Positions 52,301-64,000 of a stretch of 64,000 nt of DNA are shown one piece after another. The notes below the pieces were generated by a model that saw only the letters and a list, made by a program, of their open reading frames with translations, ran no database searches and was not told the origin of the DNA. The DNA is taken from positions 62,001 through 126,000 of the forward strand of contig NW_026852181.1 of assembly GCF_026571515.1 (NCBI RefSeq). The letters are read 5' to 3'. Within the stretch, counting starts at the first letter, position 1. The number at the start of each line of letters is the position of its first letter. A program made the translations under genes and the position numbers. This DNA is from Ruditapes philippinarum. Lineage: Eukaryota.

Positions 52301-55300
52301 AGATTGTATCCATTTAAGATATCAAAATGAATGAATTTTGAAAGATGAAATTGATTTTGGCTATATACACATGTATTGAAACATATTACATATTAAGTTA
52401 TCAGTAATTAATCAACTGTTAAATTTTGTCAGTTTCTTGTTATTCAGTCGGATATATAAGGAAGAAAAAGAAACAACATGGACAGATTCAAGCTGTATTG
52501 ATTAATATACCATGGGATTATTTCAGGAAAATTTAAAGACATTCATGTTGTCTTGGTGGTGTCATTTTAGAGATTAATACACAGAAGAGCATGACCAGAC
52601 GGTCAGATAGGTACTCTAAATGACTTAAGGTCTCTAGGGCTTCAGCACATTTGGGTTATTCTTGTAGGAACGACTGTCATCTTCCAACCTATCTTTGACG
52701 AGTGTTATAGTCTATACACAGTTTATGATGAGTTTAGATCTATTCGTTTACCCATCATGGAATGTATAATTTATTCATCATGCTTATTTTAAAGTGATTT
52801 TCACATTATGCTTTATATCACAAATAAACACAATTCATATAAATAAACTGCATTACCTTCTCATTATACGTCATATATAGCATTGCTCCATTATTCTTGA
52901 ACAGAACAACAGTATTGTTTTTCATATATTCTCCTTTTTTTGTCTCGATATTATTTTGTTCAAATTCATCATGTTAATGGTCAGATGACCGATTATGCTT
53001 TATTCTTAAATCCAAACAAGTAAACAATCGAGAAATACATGGTAAAATGTATCAAACACATTCATCGTTTATAACTGATGTTTTTCTATATGATACAATT
53101 AAAAAGATTTTAGAATATTTTATGATAACCATGGTAAACATACCTTGATGATTGTACATACATACCATTTTTATGACTCCATAAAAAATAATGGAGACAC
53201 CTACTAAACATATTTGGAGAGAGTAAATGCTGGTTATAATATTGCATGCTTCGTCAAAATAAAGAACAATTGTAATTCTAAAAACAAAATAACTCAATCA
53301 ATAGTTTAAGGTCTACAAACAAAGTGTTAAATATTTTGTTTCTTTTATTTTAATTTTGTTTTCTGTTATTTGCGAATTATTTTGTTACCTTTGAATCAGA
53401 AATGTATATTAATCCGTCAACTATTTTTCCCTGTAAGTTGACATACTAGTCTACAAGTTATTACGCTCCTTGTTATGAATTGTTTTCGGAACACATTTCT
53501 AGTTTTTGACACATGGTAAAAGTCGTCCGTGTGATGTTACAGTACTAAAACACAAGAGTAAACTACCAATATATGAATGACAAGATATACAATGTTATAT
53601 AATCCAACTTATATTTGCAGTCCGATATTATATGTATTATGAGGATCTGTGATTGCAAAATATTAAATGAAGTTTTCATACGTTTGCTGTATGTAAAAAC
53701 ATAACTGTTTGTGTAGTCTTTAATAAGCTTCAGTGGGTAATTGTAGTATTGTTTCAACTCTTTCCGATTGATCGGATACAAAATATTATCGTTACTTTTG
53801 CGATAGGGTCTAGTTATTTTCATGTGCAAAACATAAAGGGACGGAAATGGAGGGACTGTTCGTGACCTCATTAATGTGTTGATTATACCTTTAAATAGAG
53901 GTAAAATGAAAATGTCCTGTCAAAATCAACCATTACAATGATTAAGTGTTTTTATGGATTTCTTTCATTTAACATTCATTATGCATTAATAAGCACCAAC
54001 TTCCGTATCGAATATCTGATTTATTGTGCCATATTCTCGCCATACTGTGCCATATTACTTTTACGCTTCACTTAAGTATACGATGCTGATGTATTTTAAA
54101 TAAGAACAAAGATTCATACAAGTACAAATGTTGCTGCAATGCAGCAATTGAGAAGCTCCGCGCAAAAAACATGCGCTCATTACAGATACCTTACCAAAGT
54201 ATTCCTATGGTCATGTTATATTCACTGTCCATAATTAAAAAGAGAGGCCAGATATTTAATTTAAAATAGTGCTTTCACTGATGCCTAAGTTGTAAATGTT
54301 ATGTGACATGACTGTACTGTCATGACTGTACTGTGTTCTGTTTGTGTCACTACTGTAGTCAGTAACATAAGATGATAAAAAGATCAAAGTCTGTTTTTTA
54401 TATTATTATAATTGTAACAAATATACAAATACTAACAAAAGGGACTAATATTATAATATAGTAATATTACATGCATTTTTTTTCATGTCAAATTAAAAAA
54501 CAACGGTTTCTTTCAATAGGAATTTTTGTTTGTTATACAGTGTTACATGGTGGTACAGTAATTATAAATATAATAGAAGACTGTTACCTGAATTTTAGGC
54601 AGGTATGAGGAAATTCACTAATATCATGTTCGTGCGAGTCAAAGATATAAAAGCTACTTGACATTGATATATAAAAAGCTATTGTTAATTGATTTATTGG
54701 GAGATCAGTATACTTTTTTTGTTGAATTGCTTTAAAACCATTCATAAAAAAAAACATTACACATCATGTTCAAACTGCAAATCTCAGTTTTCTGTTGTTA
54801 ACAATATCTATCTATTTATAGCCTATGCTTATTGAGGTTCCATCCGCTAGTAAGGGCACAAAATGCAGCTTTCGTTGTCGAGTACGACCTCGGGCATGTC
54901 AACAGTCATGCCTTTAAAGAGTTAAGTGGTTATAATTTATCTACATGCAATACCAATGAAATGTAATCTTACATACTAAAGTCAAAATAATTTCAAAACA
55001 ACCAATATATCAACATGTTATTATTAAACATTTAGTTTCATAAATATAAATGAAGAATAGTTATCAAAAGCAAAATTATTAAAGTCTTTTGCCTGAAATT
55101 TTCTTTATATTGACAAATTCAATCACATATAGTATACTTGATATGCTGTGTGGAAAAGTTATTCAAAATGTAACAAATTATAATTTCTAATTTCATGTAC
55201 TATTAAAAAAGGGAAATTACCAATTTATAACCTAAGTGTCAAAAATTAGAACATTTATTTATATACAGCTATTAATAGCTTTCAAATTCATGTACAACAG

Positions 55301-58300
55301 AACTGCTTTCCGGTTCTCATTCATTAATTATGACATGCTGCGAATCACCGAAGGGGAAACCAATATTATAGAAATCGAAAGGAGTTTTTCAATCCGAATT
55401 AATTTTAAGCTGTAAATCGAAGGGATTAATTGATAAAATCCGGGCCCATGGACAAAAAAAATAGTAAACACAAATAAATTTCGAAAAAAAAAATTCAATG
55501 CATTACAAAGTTTCTTTTTAAAATTTCTGGTACTTTCCCTTGAGATCAATTTGTCATAAATTTGACAGAAATTGGTCTATCCTTACGCTTCTTTTTGAAA
55601 TTTTAGAAGAAAAAAAATCAGACAATTCGGTTGTAAGAAAAAATATGTGCACATATAAATTTAAAAAAAAGTTTTTTGTTGGTCAAACAACGATCATCTG
55701 TGTTGTTAATTAAAATAGTCAAGATGCCAAGCAAATATTTCATAAGCATATTACAGTTTTTATATACAATGTAGCAAAGTAACATTGTTTTGTCTTATCC
55801 TAAAGAGTAATATAGATCCGTGGTGTTTGGTTCCACAATATTCTAAACAAGACACTTATATCTGATCTGTGTCGACCTTGATACGGTTTACGGTTTGGAA
55901 ACATAAGAGCTGTTTAGGAAGAACCAGGAAGATTGTTATACATTTGAATCTGTCGCCTGGCCACTCATTCGGGGATATAATGACAACATGGGTCGACATA
56001 TTTTCAATGGGTTTAATATTGTCATGGAAACATGGGAAGATACGCTCCTGTAATACATGACATAAACAAAACAATATAAATACAAGTACAATGGTTTCCT
56101 GCGGTGAACATTTTACTGATATAAAGATATTTCATTTAACTATTTTCAACATTATTTGGGGGATAAATAAACGTTTGTATCAGGAATATAGTTGACAATT
56201 AAATAAACGATCACTAAAGAAGGTCTTTAGAAACTGGTGACCGTTGAAGACCGGTGAAGGTCGAACATAAAACAATTATTTCTTTGTAAGAACATGATTA
56301 AATAGGCCTACCATTTTATGAATAATTCCGAGCAAAAATAAATAAAGTAAACACACAAGTTTACGCAGAAAATATCTCTATTTATTATGGCAGATGCCAC
56401 TACGAATATTTTAATTTTGTAGATTTTCAGTATAAACAATTTATTGTTTGTAAAATTTGAGATAGATATTATAGAAACATTGATAATTTTCAAACACATC
56501 ATTCAAGTTTTCCACCTTAAACGGAAAAATAATTATAGAAAATTACAAATATCACGTAATAGGTTTTTGTTCTTACTAATTCCCTACAGGTAAATTCGTC
56601 ACGTACCGGCAAACGGTATTTAGCTAGGTTTTCGAAAAGGTCAATTGACCAATCATGTACGGTTTACAGATCACATGCTCCTCCATGTACCGAAAACAGG
56701 TCACGTGCTCCTCCATGCCTACAAAAGTAAAACGCGTACCAATACCCTGCGGTCTCCAGACCGCAGGGAACAATGTCAAAATAGGGGATTAGCAATATAT
56801 ATTCATAATATCAAAGCAATGCACGACAAACATTACATATTATAGTTTCAAATACACATGATTACCTGTAGATATATTTATATATAACTACATAATGGAT
56901 ATTTAATGTTTCAGCACAAAAATGGCTTGTTTACATTTTCAAAGTATGGCGGATATCACTTGATCGAATGTGATTGATTAATATGCTCGTGCGGGGAAAA
57001 TCAATACGTTAGATAGATTACAGGTGTAAAAGGGATAACTATTGGTAAATAGCTAATACAGGTGTACGACTACCAATCTCTAATACAGGTCTACGACTAC
57101 CACTACGCCTACACAAGCTGCTATCTCTATAATTGGTGTTCAGATTTACTATTTGATTGCAATATTATGTTATTATGACTAGTCGTATATTTCTGTATGT
57201 ATCTGAAACAGAATAAACATTAAATTATACAAAAACATACATGTTATAACATAGTTATACATTAACCCTATGACAAATCCAATGAGTATTGTCAATAAAT
57301 CTTATATGTTTCCTTCTGCAAAGGTTTATAAACGGCATTTTAAAAGATTATCTGTAAAAAAGTAACAGATGAGCAATCGATGGAAAAGGCTCAGACAAAC
57401 TCTGGCCCAAACAAAATCTGGTTTTTGGTTAACTTTGTTTATTAGCAGTAGTAAAAACTGTTTGATCCGTCCTTTCCCATCAACGCTGTGTTTAATCTTC
57501 AAAAAATAAGATAATGCAATTAAACGTGATCTTGTAAGAAAACAACTTAATTACATATCGATTTGGTAGCTACCAAAAGATGAATGAAAAATTTATTCTG
57601 ATAAAATCCAAAACATACAAGAAATATGTAGAAACCTGTTTTATCAAAACATTGCACGTTCATCCATCAAATTCATTTATTTAACAGCAACATTTGTATT
57701 TCATGATGCAAAAGTACAGATATAAATAAGTTTTACTATATCCTGCGACAATGGGTGGACAACACATAAATATTTCAACGTATATCATTTACTTTCTATC
57801 ATTACGCCATATCAAAAAAAAAATGTCAAACAAACAGTTAACCATCGTCAATGTTTAAGAAGAAGAAAAACACAAATTTTTATGACATTAATTATACGTT
57901 TTTACAGGGCAAGTGTGTCTTAAGAAACATATCGACACACTTAGTAAAATATTGGCCCGATAGCTAATGCCGTCTTAGTATGCCGGTATCGTCATAAGGA
58001 ACATAACCTTTTTATTGCATTTGCAGCCCTGTAATATCATAATCTTATCAAAATCCATTATTCGGTTTGAGATGTACCCGCTCGACAGTCATAACTCATT
58101 GCTAATGACGTAACAAATTTCACGTGCAGACAGTCTGCCGTTGCTAGAATGCAGGTGCAAAATGACCGAACGTTACATATAACTTTATATGGACTTTTGG
58201 CATTGATATCAGACATTGACACTTGACAATTCTGAGGCAGCATAATGCACTTTCAATGCAATTGTGTTACTATTTATTGTTAAGATATGTAATAATTATT

Positions 58301-59639
58301 AGTGAATTCTAAAAAGGTTGATCTGATCCTTCAATAGCAACGAGAATATTGTAAACACAGAAAATGGCTGACTTTGTTTGACCGGGTTTTTTTCATGAGC
58401 AGGAATGAAAATCTCACTGCCTATGGATTATTCGCAGATGTTTCCGGTAAAATACCTCCGAACTCTGCATATTATGCACATATAGTGTCAATACGTATAC
58501 ACAATAAGAAATATTTAAGATTGAATGTGGTAAATACTCTGTGTTTACCTCTCGCATTTACTCGATATTAATAACCAATACTAGTTACACTAAAAAGCAA
58601 TACTCGTTACACCGGCGAGCAACTCCAACGCAATACTCGGTACACAGAGTATTTATTCTCAAAATGCGCTGTCATCTGAGATTCTATTGTTGATTGAACA
58701 TTTACAACATAAACATTATCATCGTTATCACATTTCACTCGATTCAACTTTTTCCTTTAAGGAAGTATATTCACAAAAACATTAAATTTGACTGATCCGA
58801 GCTCATTTATCACGTGAGCAAAGAGACGAATTTTACCTCCTAATTACATTTCAAATCTATTTCTCAACATTTTTGGGTTTTCAGTATCTAGAGAAATTAT
58901 CGAAGTATTGGTTTTCTATAAAATTGATATAAAACCAATTCAAAATGACTAAATATCGTCCCTGAACTTACCTCAGTCCCCGTCCAAAGTCGCGAAATGG
59001 GATAAAAGTCCTCATAATATCGAGCAATATCCAGGGTACGGTATACCGCAGTGATTTTGTCAAAAGTATAAACTAAATATTTTTGCACTAACATTTTAGT
59101 TTTTGGCTTTTAGCCTGATTTATGCACTTATTCTTTGTCTTATTTTGATTGCATGTCTCTCTTGATGTGTCTGGAAACACATATTTGATTTTACATTCAA
59201 GCCGACACTGTTCAGTCCCCTAGTTATGTTATCCCTTGCCTACCGTTGCGTTATAATTTACAACTGAACCTTTCTACATTAGACACCTACGGCATATTTA
59301 GTAAGTTTTGTTGTTGAGCAACAGTTTTAATGCCTGGGTGGTATTAGTGAATAATTACTGAACTCAAGGCGTTTAATGTAGAACTTGTCAGGTCTTTGAA
59401 TATTTTAATGCTTTACTATTTTCTATGTAATACTTCAAAATGACTGCTCAACAAGAAATAAAAAAAACTTATTGGCATCTTCTTTCGAATGAATGCTAAA
59501 AAATAACGACAGCTGCAGCATTTGAAGAAGTAAATTTATAACAGACAGAATGGATTGAATAATGGAGGATGTAACAAGAGTTGCCAGACAAATATGATAA
59601 ACAAGATCAACAAGGAAAGGCGGCGTTCAATGAACGCAA

Positions 59640-59890
59640 CCTTAACAATCAGGATCTTCATACGAAAAACTACAAGCTAAAAGAAAACACTGTTTGCCTT
59701 GAAAAACAAATATCAAAATTAGCAAAAGAAAATAAAGAACTAACAAAGGAGAATTGCCAGTTGAAGGAAAAGATTTCATCATTGGAGGAGAGTGGTCAAC
59801 AGTTGATGGTGCATCTATGCTGAACATTAAGGTGGAATCAGAGAATTTTCTGAAAAAGCAGCATCACAGATTGCCACATGGAAATAAGAA
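59640..59890 (+). pseudogene. Possible decayed coiled-coil coding fragment of unknown origin
   Basis: KLKENTVCLEKQISKLAKENKELTKENCQLKEKISSLEE shows heptad leucine periodicity. Flanked by a family-X fragment and a HINE. No start or splice context. Confidence 0.3.
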
Positions 59891-60017
59891 CACAAGAAAC
59901 ATGGCAATGCCATGAAACCAGGTTTTCAATAATCACCATTGTAGATAAATATGTTGTATTTGAAATACAAATACAAGCAACAAACAATGTAACTATGTGC
60001 AATGTAAAACATGAATA

Positions 60018-60590
60018 ATGTAGGAGGAATTGCGCACAGAAGAAGTGTTCACTATATATATTCTGTATAAGGAAAAAAAAACAAAGGGCCATAATTAGGT
60101 AAAAAATTATCCAATCACAAAACCCCGACAATATGTGCTAGGGCACTTGATGACAAAGCTTCTGTGAAAGTTTGAACAAAATCCGTTGAGAAATGTAGGA
60201 AGAGTTCAGCACAGAAGAATTTGTTCAATTCTGTATAAGGAAAAAAAACAAAGGGCCATAATAAGGTCAAACATTATCCAATCACAAAACCCTGACAATA
60301 TGCGCCAGGGCACTTGATGACAAAGCTTCTGTGAAAGTTTGGTCAAAATCCGTTGAGAAATGTAGGAGAAGTTGCGCACTGTAGAAATTGTTCACTATAT
60401 ATTCTTTATAATGAAAAAAAACAAAGGGCCATAATTAGGTCAAATATATACCAATTGCAAAACCCTGACAATATGTGTCAGGGCACTTGATGACAAAGCT
60501 TCTGTGAAAGTTTGGTCAAAATCCGTTGAGAAATGTAGGAGGAGTTGCGCACAGAAGAAATTGTTCACTATATATTCTATATAATGAAAA
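60018..60590 (+). repeat. Tandem array, ~3.3 units of ~170 bp
   Basis: ACAAAGGGCCATAAT..GGGCACTTGATGACAAAGCTTCTGTGAAAGTTTG..AATCCGTTGAGAAATGTAGGA occurs three times. Confidence 0.92.
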
Positions 60591-60604
60591 ATAAAATCAT
60601 GTAA

Positions 60605-61042
60605 ACAGGATTTTCAATGTTAATGTCACTGTGACCTTGACCTTGGAGCCAGCCATGCGGAACATGCGTTCTGCACGTCATCTTGATGTGGTAAACATTT
60701 GTCTGAAGTTTCATCAAAATTCTTCAAAGGGTTGAAGAGTTACAGAGCGGACAGGATTTTCAATGTTAATGTCACTGTGACCTTGACCTTGGAGCCAGCC
60801 ATGCGGAACATGCGTTCTGCACGTCATCTTGATGTGGTAAACATTTGTCTGAAGTTTCATCAAAATTCTTCAAAGGGTTGAAGAGTTACAGAGCGGACAG
60901 GATTTTCAATGTTAATGTCACTGTGACCTTGACCTTGGAGCCAGCCATGCGGAACATGCGTTCTGCACGTCATCTTGATGTGGTAAACATTTGTCTGAAG
61001 TTTCATCAAAATTCTTCAAAGGGTTGAAGAGTTACAGAGCGG
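60605..61042 (+). repeat. Tandem array, 3 apparently identical 146-bp units
   Basis: Units start at 60605, 60751 and 60897; identical ORFs 146 bp apart in the track. Confidence 0.95.
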
Positions 61043-61489
61043 ACACAATTTCGTTTGACGCCCGCCCATCCGCCCGCCATACCCCAATCTAATAACCAGG
61101 ATTTTCAAAATTGAAAACCTGGTTAAAAAGGACAATGCCATCATCCCCTCAATTTGAGCTTATCCCTCCAAAACAATGATGATGCCTTACATACAGATGA
61201 CAAAAAAAACAATGATACTTGAATTTCCATACTAAGGACATTAAGAACAAATAGGTTATATGTTTGATTTTTGATTTTCCTATCATATGTGTTCTTGTAT
61301 TTTCTTTAATTCATACTATTCTTATAAATGTGAAATTTCTTTTGAAATAAATTATTGATTACAATTAAAGATTTTTGAATTTACAGCTGTAATTGTGTTC
61401 ATTCTTTGAAATATGTACCAAAGGAAGATCTTAAATGTTTATTTAATGTTTGTACCTTAAACTGTTCTGTTATTTAATATGGTACTTTT

Positions 61490-64000
61490 TAAAATAGAGA
61501 TAAACAGAATCCCTAAAGAAAGCCCAACACGGCAAAATTGACAATGTTGCAGGCTCGGTTTTTAAGCCTATGATTACTTCTTCAAGAACCTTTTTTGTTA
61601 AAACTATAAAACATTTAAACATTTTTAATGAAAAATAAAAATATTGGTTTTTTTGTAATGTATCTATCAAACATGTACTGATGTATGGTTTTGTGCCTTG
61701 TGCCCTGTCCTGTTTTTCTTTGGGGTCCTCCTGGGCTCCTTGCCGCTGGCGCTTGTTGCTGGGTCGGGTGGGGGCTGCGTTCATTGAATGCCGCCTTTCC
61801 TTGTCGATCTTGTTTATCATATTTTTTGGTAATATTTTTTCGTTACAAAACCTTTTTTAATGCTGGCAATTTTAAAAAATCTAGAAACAAAGTGATCCCT
61901 CGGAAGCTTTAATCACAACAAAATTACATGAGAATTGCAGACTCGGTTTGATTGAGTCTGTACATGAGGGATAATGAATAAGTGCAACATCCCTCAAGCC
62001 CACTGGCACCGGCTTGAGCGGTACTTAATTCTCAACACTTAATAGTGCTGGCATCAATGATCCCGAAGGACCAGAAAAATGTAACAACACTGAAGTGAAG
62101 TACGGGGCAACTTTTTTACAGTTGCCACACAGGACTTGATATCTGCTGTTGTGAAATATGATAAACAAGATCATCAAGGAAAGGCGGCGTTCAATGAACG
62201 CAGCCCCCACCCGACCCAGTAACAAGAGCCAGTGGCAGGGAGCCCAGGAGGACCCCAAACAAAAACAGGGAAGGGCACAAGGCAGAGCACGGGCAGGCCT
62301 AAGAATAAGTAATTAGAAACTGATAAGGAACTAAAAGAAAACAAATAAATGATTGAATATTAGGCCCATAAAGTCACTAGGCACAGGGGAAGGGGACACG
62401 AGACCTGGGGAGGGGGGATATAAATAGAAAAATAAAAATAGGGGCAAAGGGGAAGATACTTACCGTAGACGAGAAAACAACAAGAGACAAAAGTGTCACC
62501 GAAACAGTATCAAACAACATAGACAAACATCTGAGGAACACAGATGGGCGCCGCCTTTGGGGAACACAGAGGGGCGCCGCCTTGGAACGGTCAGCAGCAT
62601 AAATACTGCTGGGAGTTTAAACCGGTAAATGGTGCACCAAACCTCGCTCTTAGCCCCACCATGTTCCTATAAACAAGACAGTGTAAATAAAATGACTCCC
62701 CGCCTAGTGAATTTGTTGTTATGGTTACAAAAGGTTAAATAAGTTAAACACTAAAATGATCATGTAGAAACATATAAAAGTAAACCCAATGACAAAAGTA
62801 CTCGATGTCTTAAAGGAAGACAGAGCAACAAGAAAATCACCTACAAGGGCCCGACCAAGCAAGACAGAAGACAAACATTAAGGCAATAAAAATCTGGAAA
62901 CAAAGTGATCCCTCGGAAGCATTAATCACAACAAAATTACATATGATTTGCAGACTCGATTTGATTCAGTCTGTACATGAGGGATAATGAATAAGTGCAA
63001 CATCCCTAACGCCCCCTAGCATCGGCTTGAGAGGTACTCAAGGGCGGTACTCAATTGTCAACTGCTATCAATGATCCCGAAGGACCAGAAAAATATAACA
63101 AGACTGAAGTGAAATACGGGGCAACTTTTAGTGCTGGGGGGGGGGGGGCGTGGACGGTAACTTGCACTTTCCAGTACCGTCCATGAAGAGGCTCAATCAA
63201 ACCGAGCCTGCAACATTTTCAATATTGTCGTGTTTGGCTTTCTTTATGGATTCTGTATTTGCCCTATTTTTACAGCTGCCACACAGCACTTGATACCTGC
63301 TGTTTTGAAGTATAAAAATCTGGAAACAAAGTGATCCCTTGGTCATTTTGCTTTATAATATCATTTGTTATAATATATCGTATTATATTTGTCTATTTGT
63401 CATTCTTCCTACTTATAGTTTGTTTTTAACCACCACTTCAGATGGTCTAGACTTTGCAATATCCCCTTTCTGTTTAAGACCCTGTTTAAAACTAAAGTAT
63501 TGCGTTTTCTCTATCCTTCTGAATGCTGAATTTCAGTCCATCCGCCCATGTTTTTGTAATGATTTAAGGTTACTTTAAACGACAATAAATTTAAGCAACT
63601 GACTTTAGGTGATCTGAAATTTGTTCTAATGACTTCGGGAAGCTTATCACCTGTTCCATTCATTTTAAAAATACCCCTGTAATCTGTCACATGACTTTTT
63701 ATAGTAATTAACTATTAAACGTTTGTCAAAACGCATATTTATAAATTTTGATTGATATTTATTTGTTTAGACCTACCTCCGGAAATGTGTATCTACTATA
63801 CTAAGGATATCTAATGTTTTTGGTAGTATAAAATATGATAAAAAAGATGAACAAGGAAAGGCTCAACATTGAACGCCGCCTTTCCTTGTTGATCTTGTTT
63901 ATCATATTTTCAAAATAGATGAATAAAGAATCCCTAAAGAAAGCCCAACACGGCAAAATTGAAAATGTTGCAGGCTCGGTTTGATTGAGCCTGTTCATGG
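61490..64000. repeat. Rearranged nest of two unclassified repeat families in direct and inverted copies
   Basis: Segment Y at 61875-62115, 62887-63129, 63315-63338. Segment Z at 63130-63270 and inverted at 61490-61570 and 63911-64000. Linker W at 62114-62153 and 63266-63310. Family X at 61683-61826, 62154-62890, 63830-63910. Confidence 0.8.
62154..62890 (-). mobile_element. Longest copy of repeat family X (Penelope-like non-autonomous, tentative)
   Basis: Present between W and Y here but absent from the same junction at 63301-63325. Strong A/T strand skew. One end shared with shorter copies. No coding sequence, so class is inferred. Confidence 0.55.

Larger units (their letters stand above)
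59892..61129 (-). mobile_element. Composite HINE/Helentron-type element with two different tandem arrays
   Basis: Perfect 14-bp inverted subTIRs AACCAGGTTTTCAA (~59916, ~61111), palindrome CATGGCA-A-TGCCATG next to the 3' end, T-run plus hairpin at the 5' end, (GCCC)-like short repeat. Confidence 0.88.

Noticed and set aside
55800-56110. Balanced-composition stretch with open frames on both strands
   Set aside because: No recognisable domain and no consistent splice donor/acceptor pair.
56907-57251. Possible solo LTR (TGTTTCAG..CTGAAACA or ..TAACA, AATAAA, short internal direct repeat)
   Set aside because: No matching TSD for either candidate end and no second copy in the window.
60605-61042. 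Regular repeats as a CRISPR array, and repeated 60-aa ORFs as genes
   Set aside because: Contiguous satellite monomers without unique spacers in a eukaryotic TE; the ORFs are by-products of the repeat.
61930-62140. Twister, HDV-like or hammerhead ribozyme in segment Y (GAGGG, CAAGCCC, GGGCAAC, C-UUCG-G loop)
   Set aside because: Isolated words resemble these cores but the required order and pairings could not be built.

Overview
AT-rich eukaryotic genomic DNA, most likely a bivalve mollusc (inferred from the HINE/Helentron-type repeats carrying GTCAAAGGTCAAGGTCAC and a MetaSINE-like SINE). I could not identify any host protein-coding gene with confidence, and nearly all short ORFs in the track look like noise. 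The backbone is an old tandem segmental duplication: copy A (~4.8-17.3 kb) and copy B (~20.9-51.1 kb), with B about 2.4x longer because of extra mobile DNA. Mobile elements include one apparently intact non-LTR retrotransposon (L1-type ORF1 plus APE-RT-zinc-finger ORF2, RTEX-like), two decayed mariners, a Kolobok-type non-autonomous element, at least six HINE-like elements with internal tandem arrays, a tRNA-SINE and a rearranged nest of structured repeats at 61.5-64 kb. The strongest observation is that LINE ORF2 is in frame with ORF1 behind a single TAG and has no in-frame ATG until after the endonuclease domain, which suggests stop-codon readthrough. Other leads are covarying hairpins and a candidate pseudoknotted RNA in the 61.5-64 kb repeats, and a five-copy, nearly indel-free non-coding module. 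Several stretches look like unpolished long-read sequence. All alignments and folds were done by eye.
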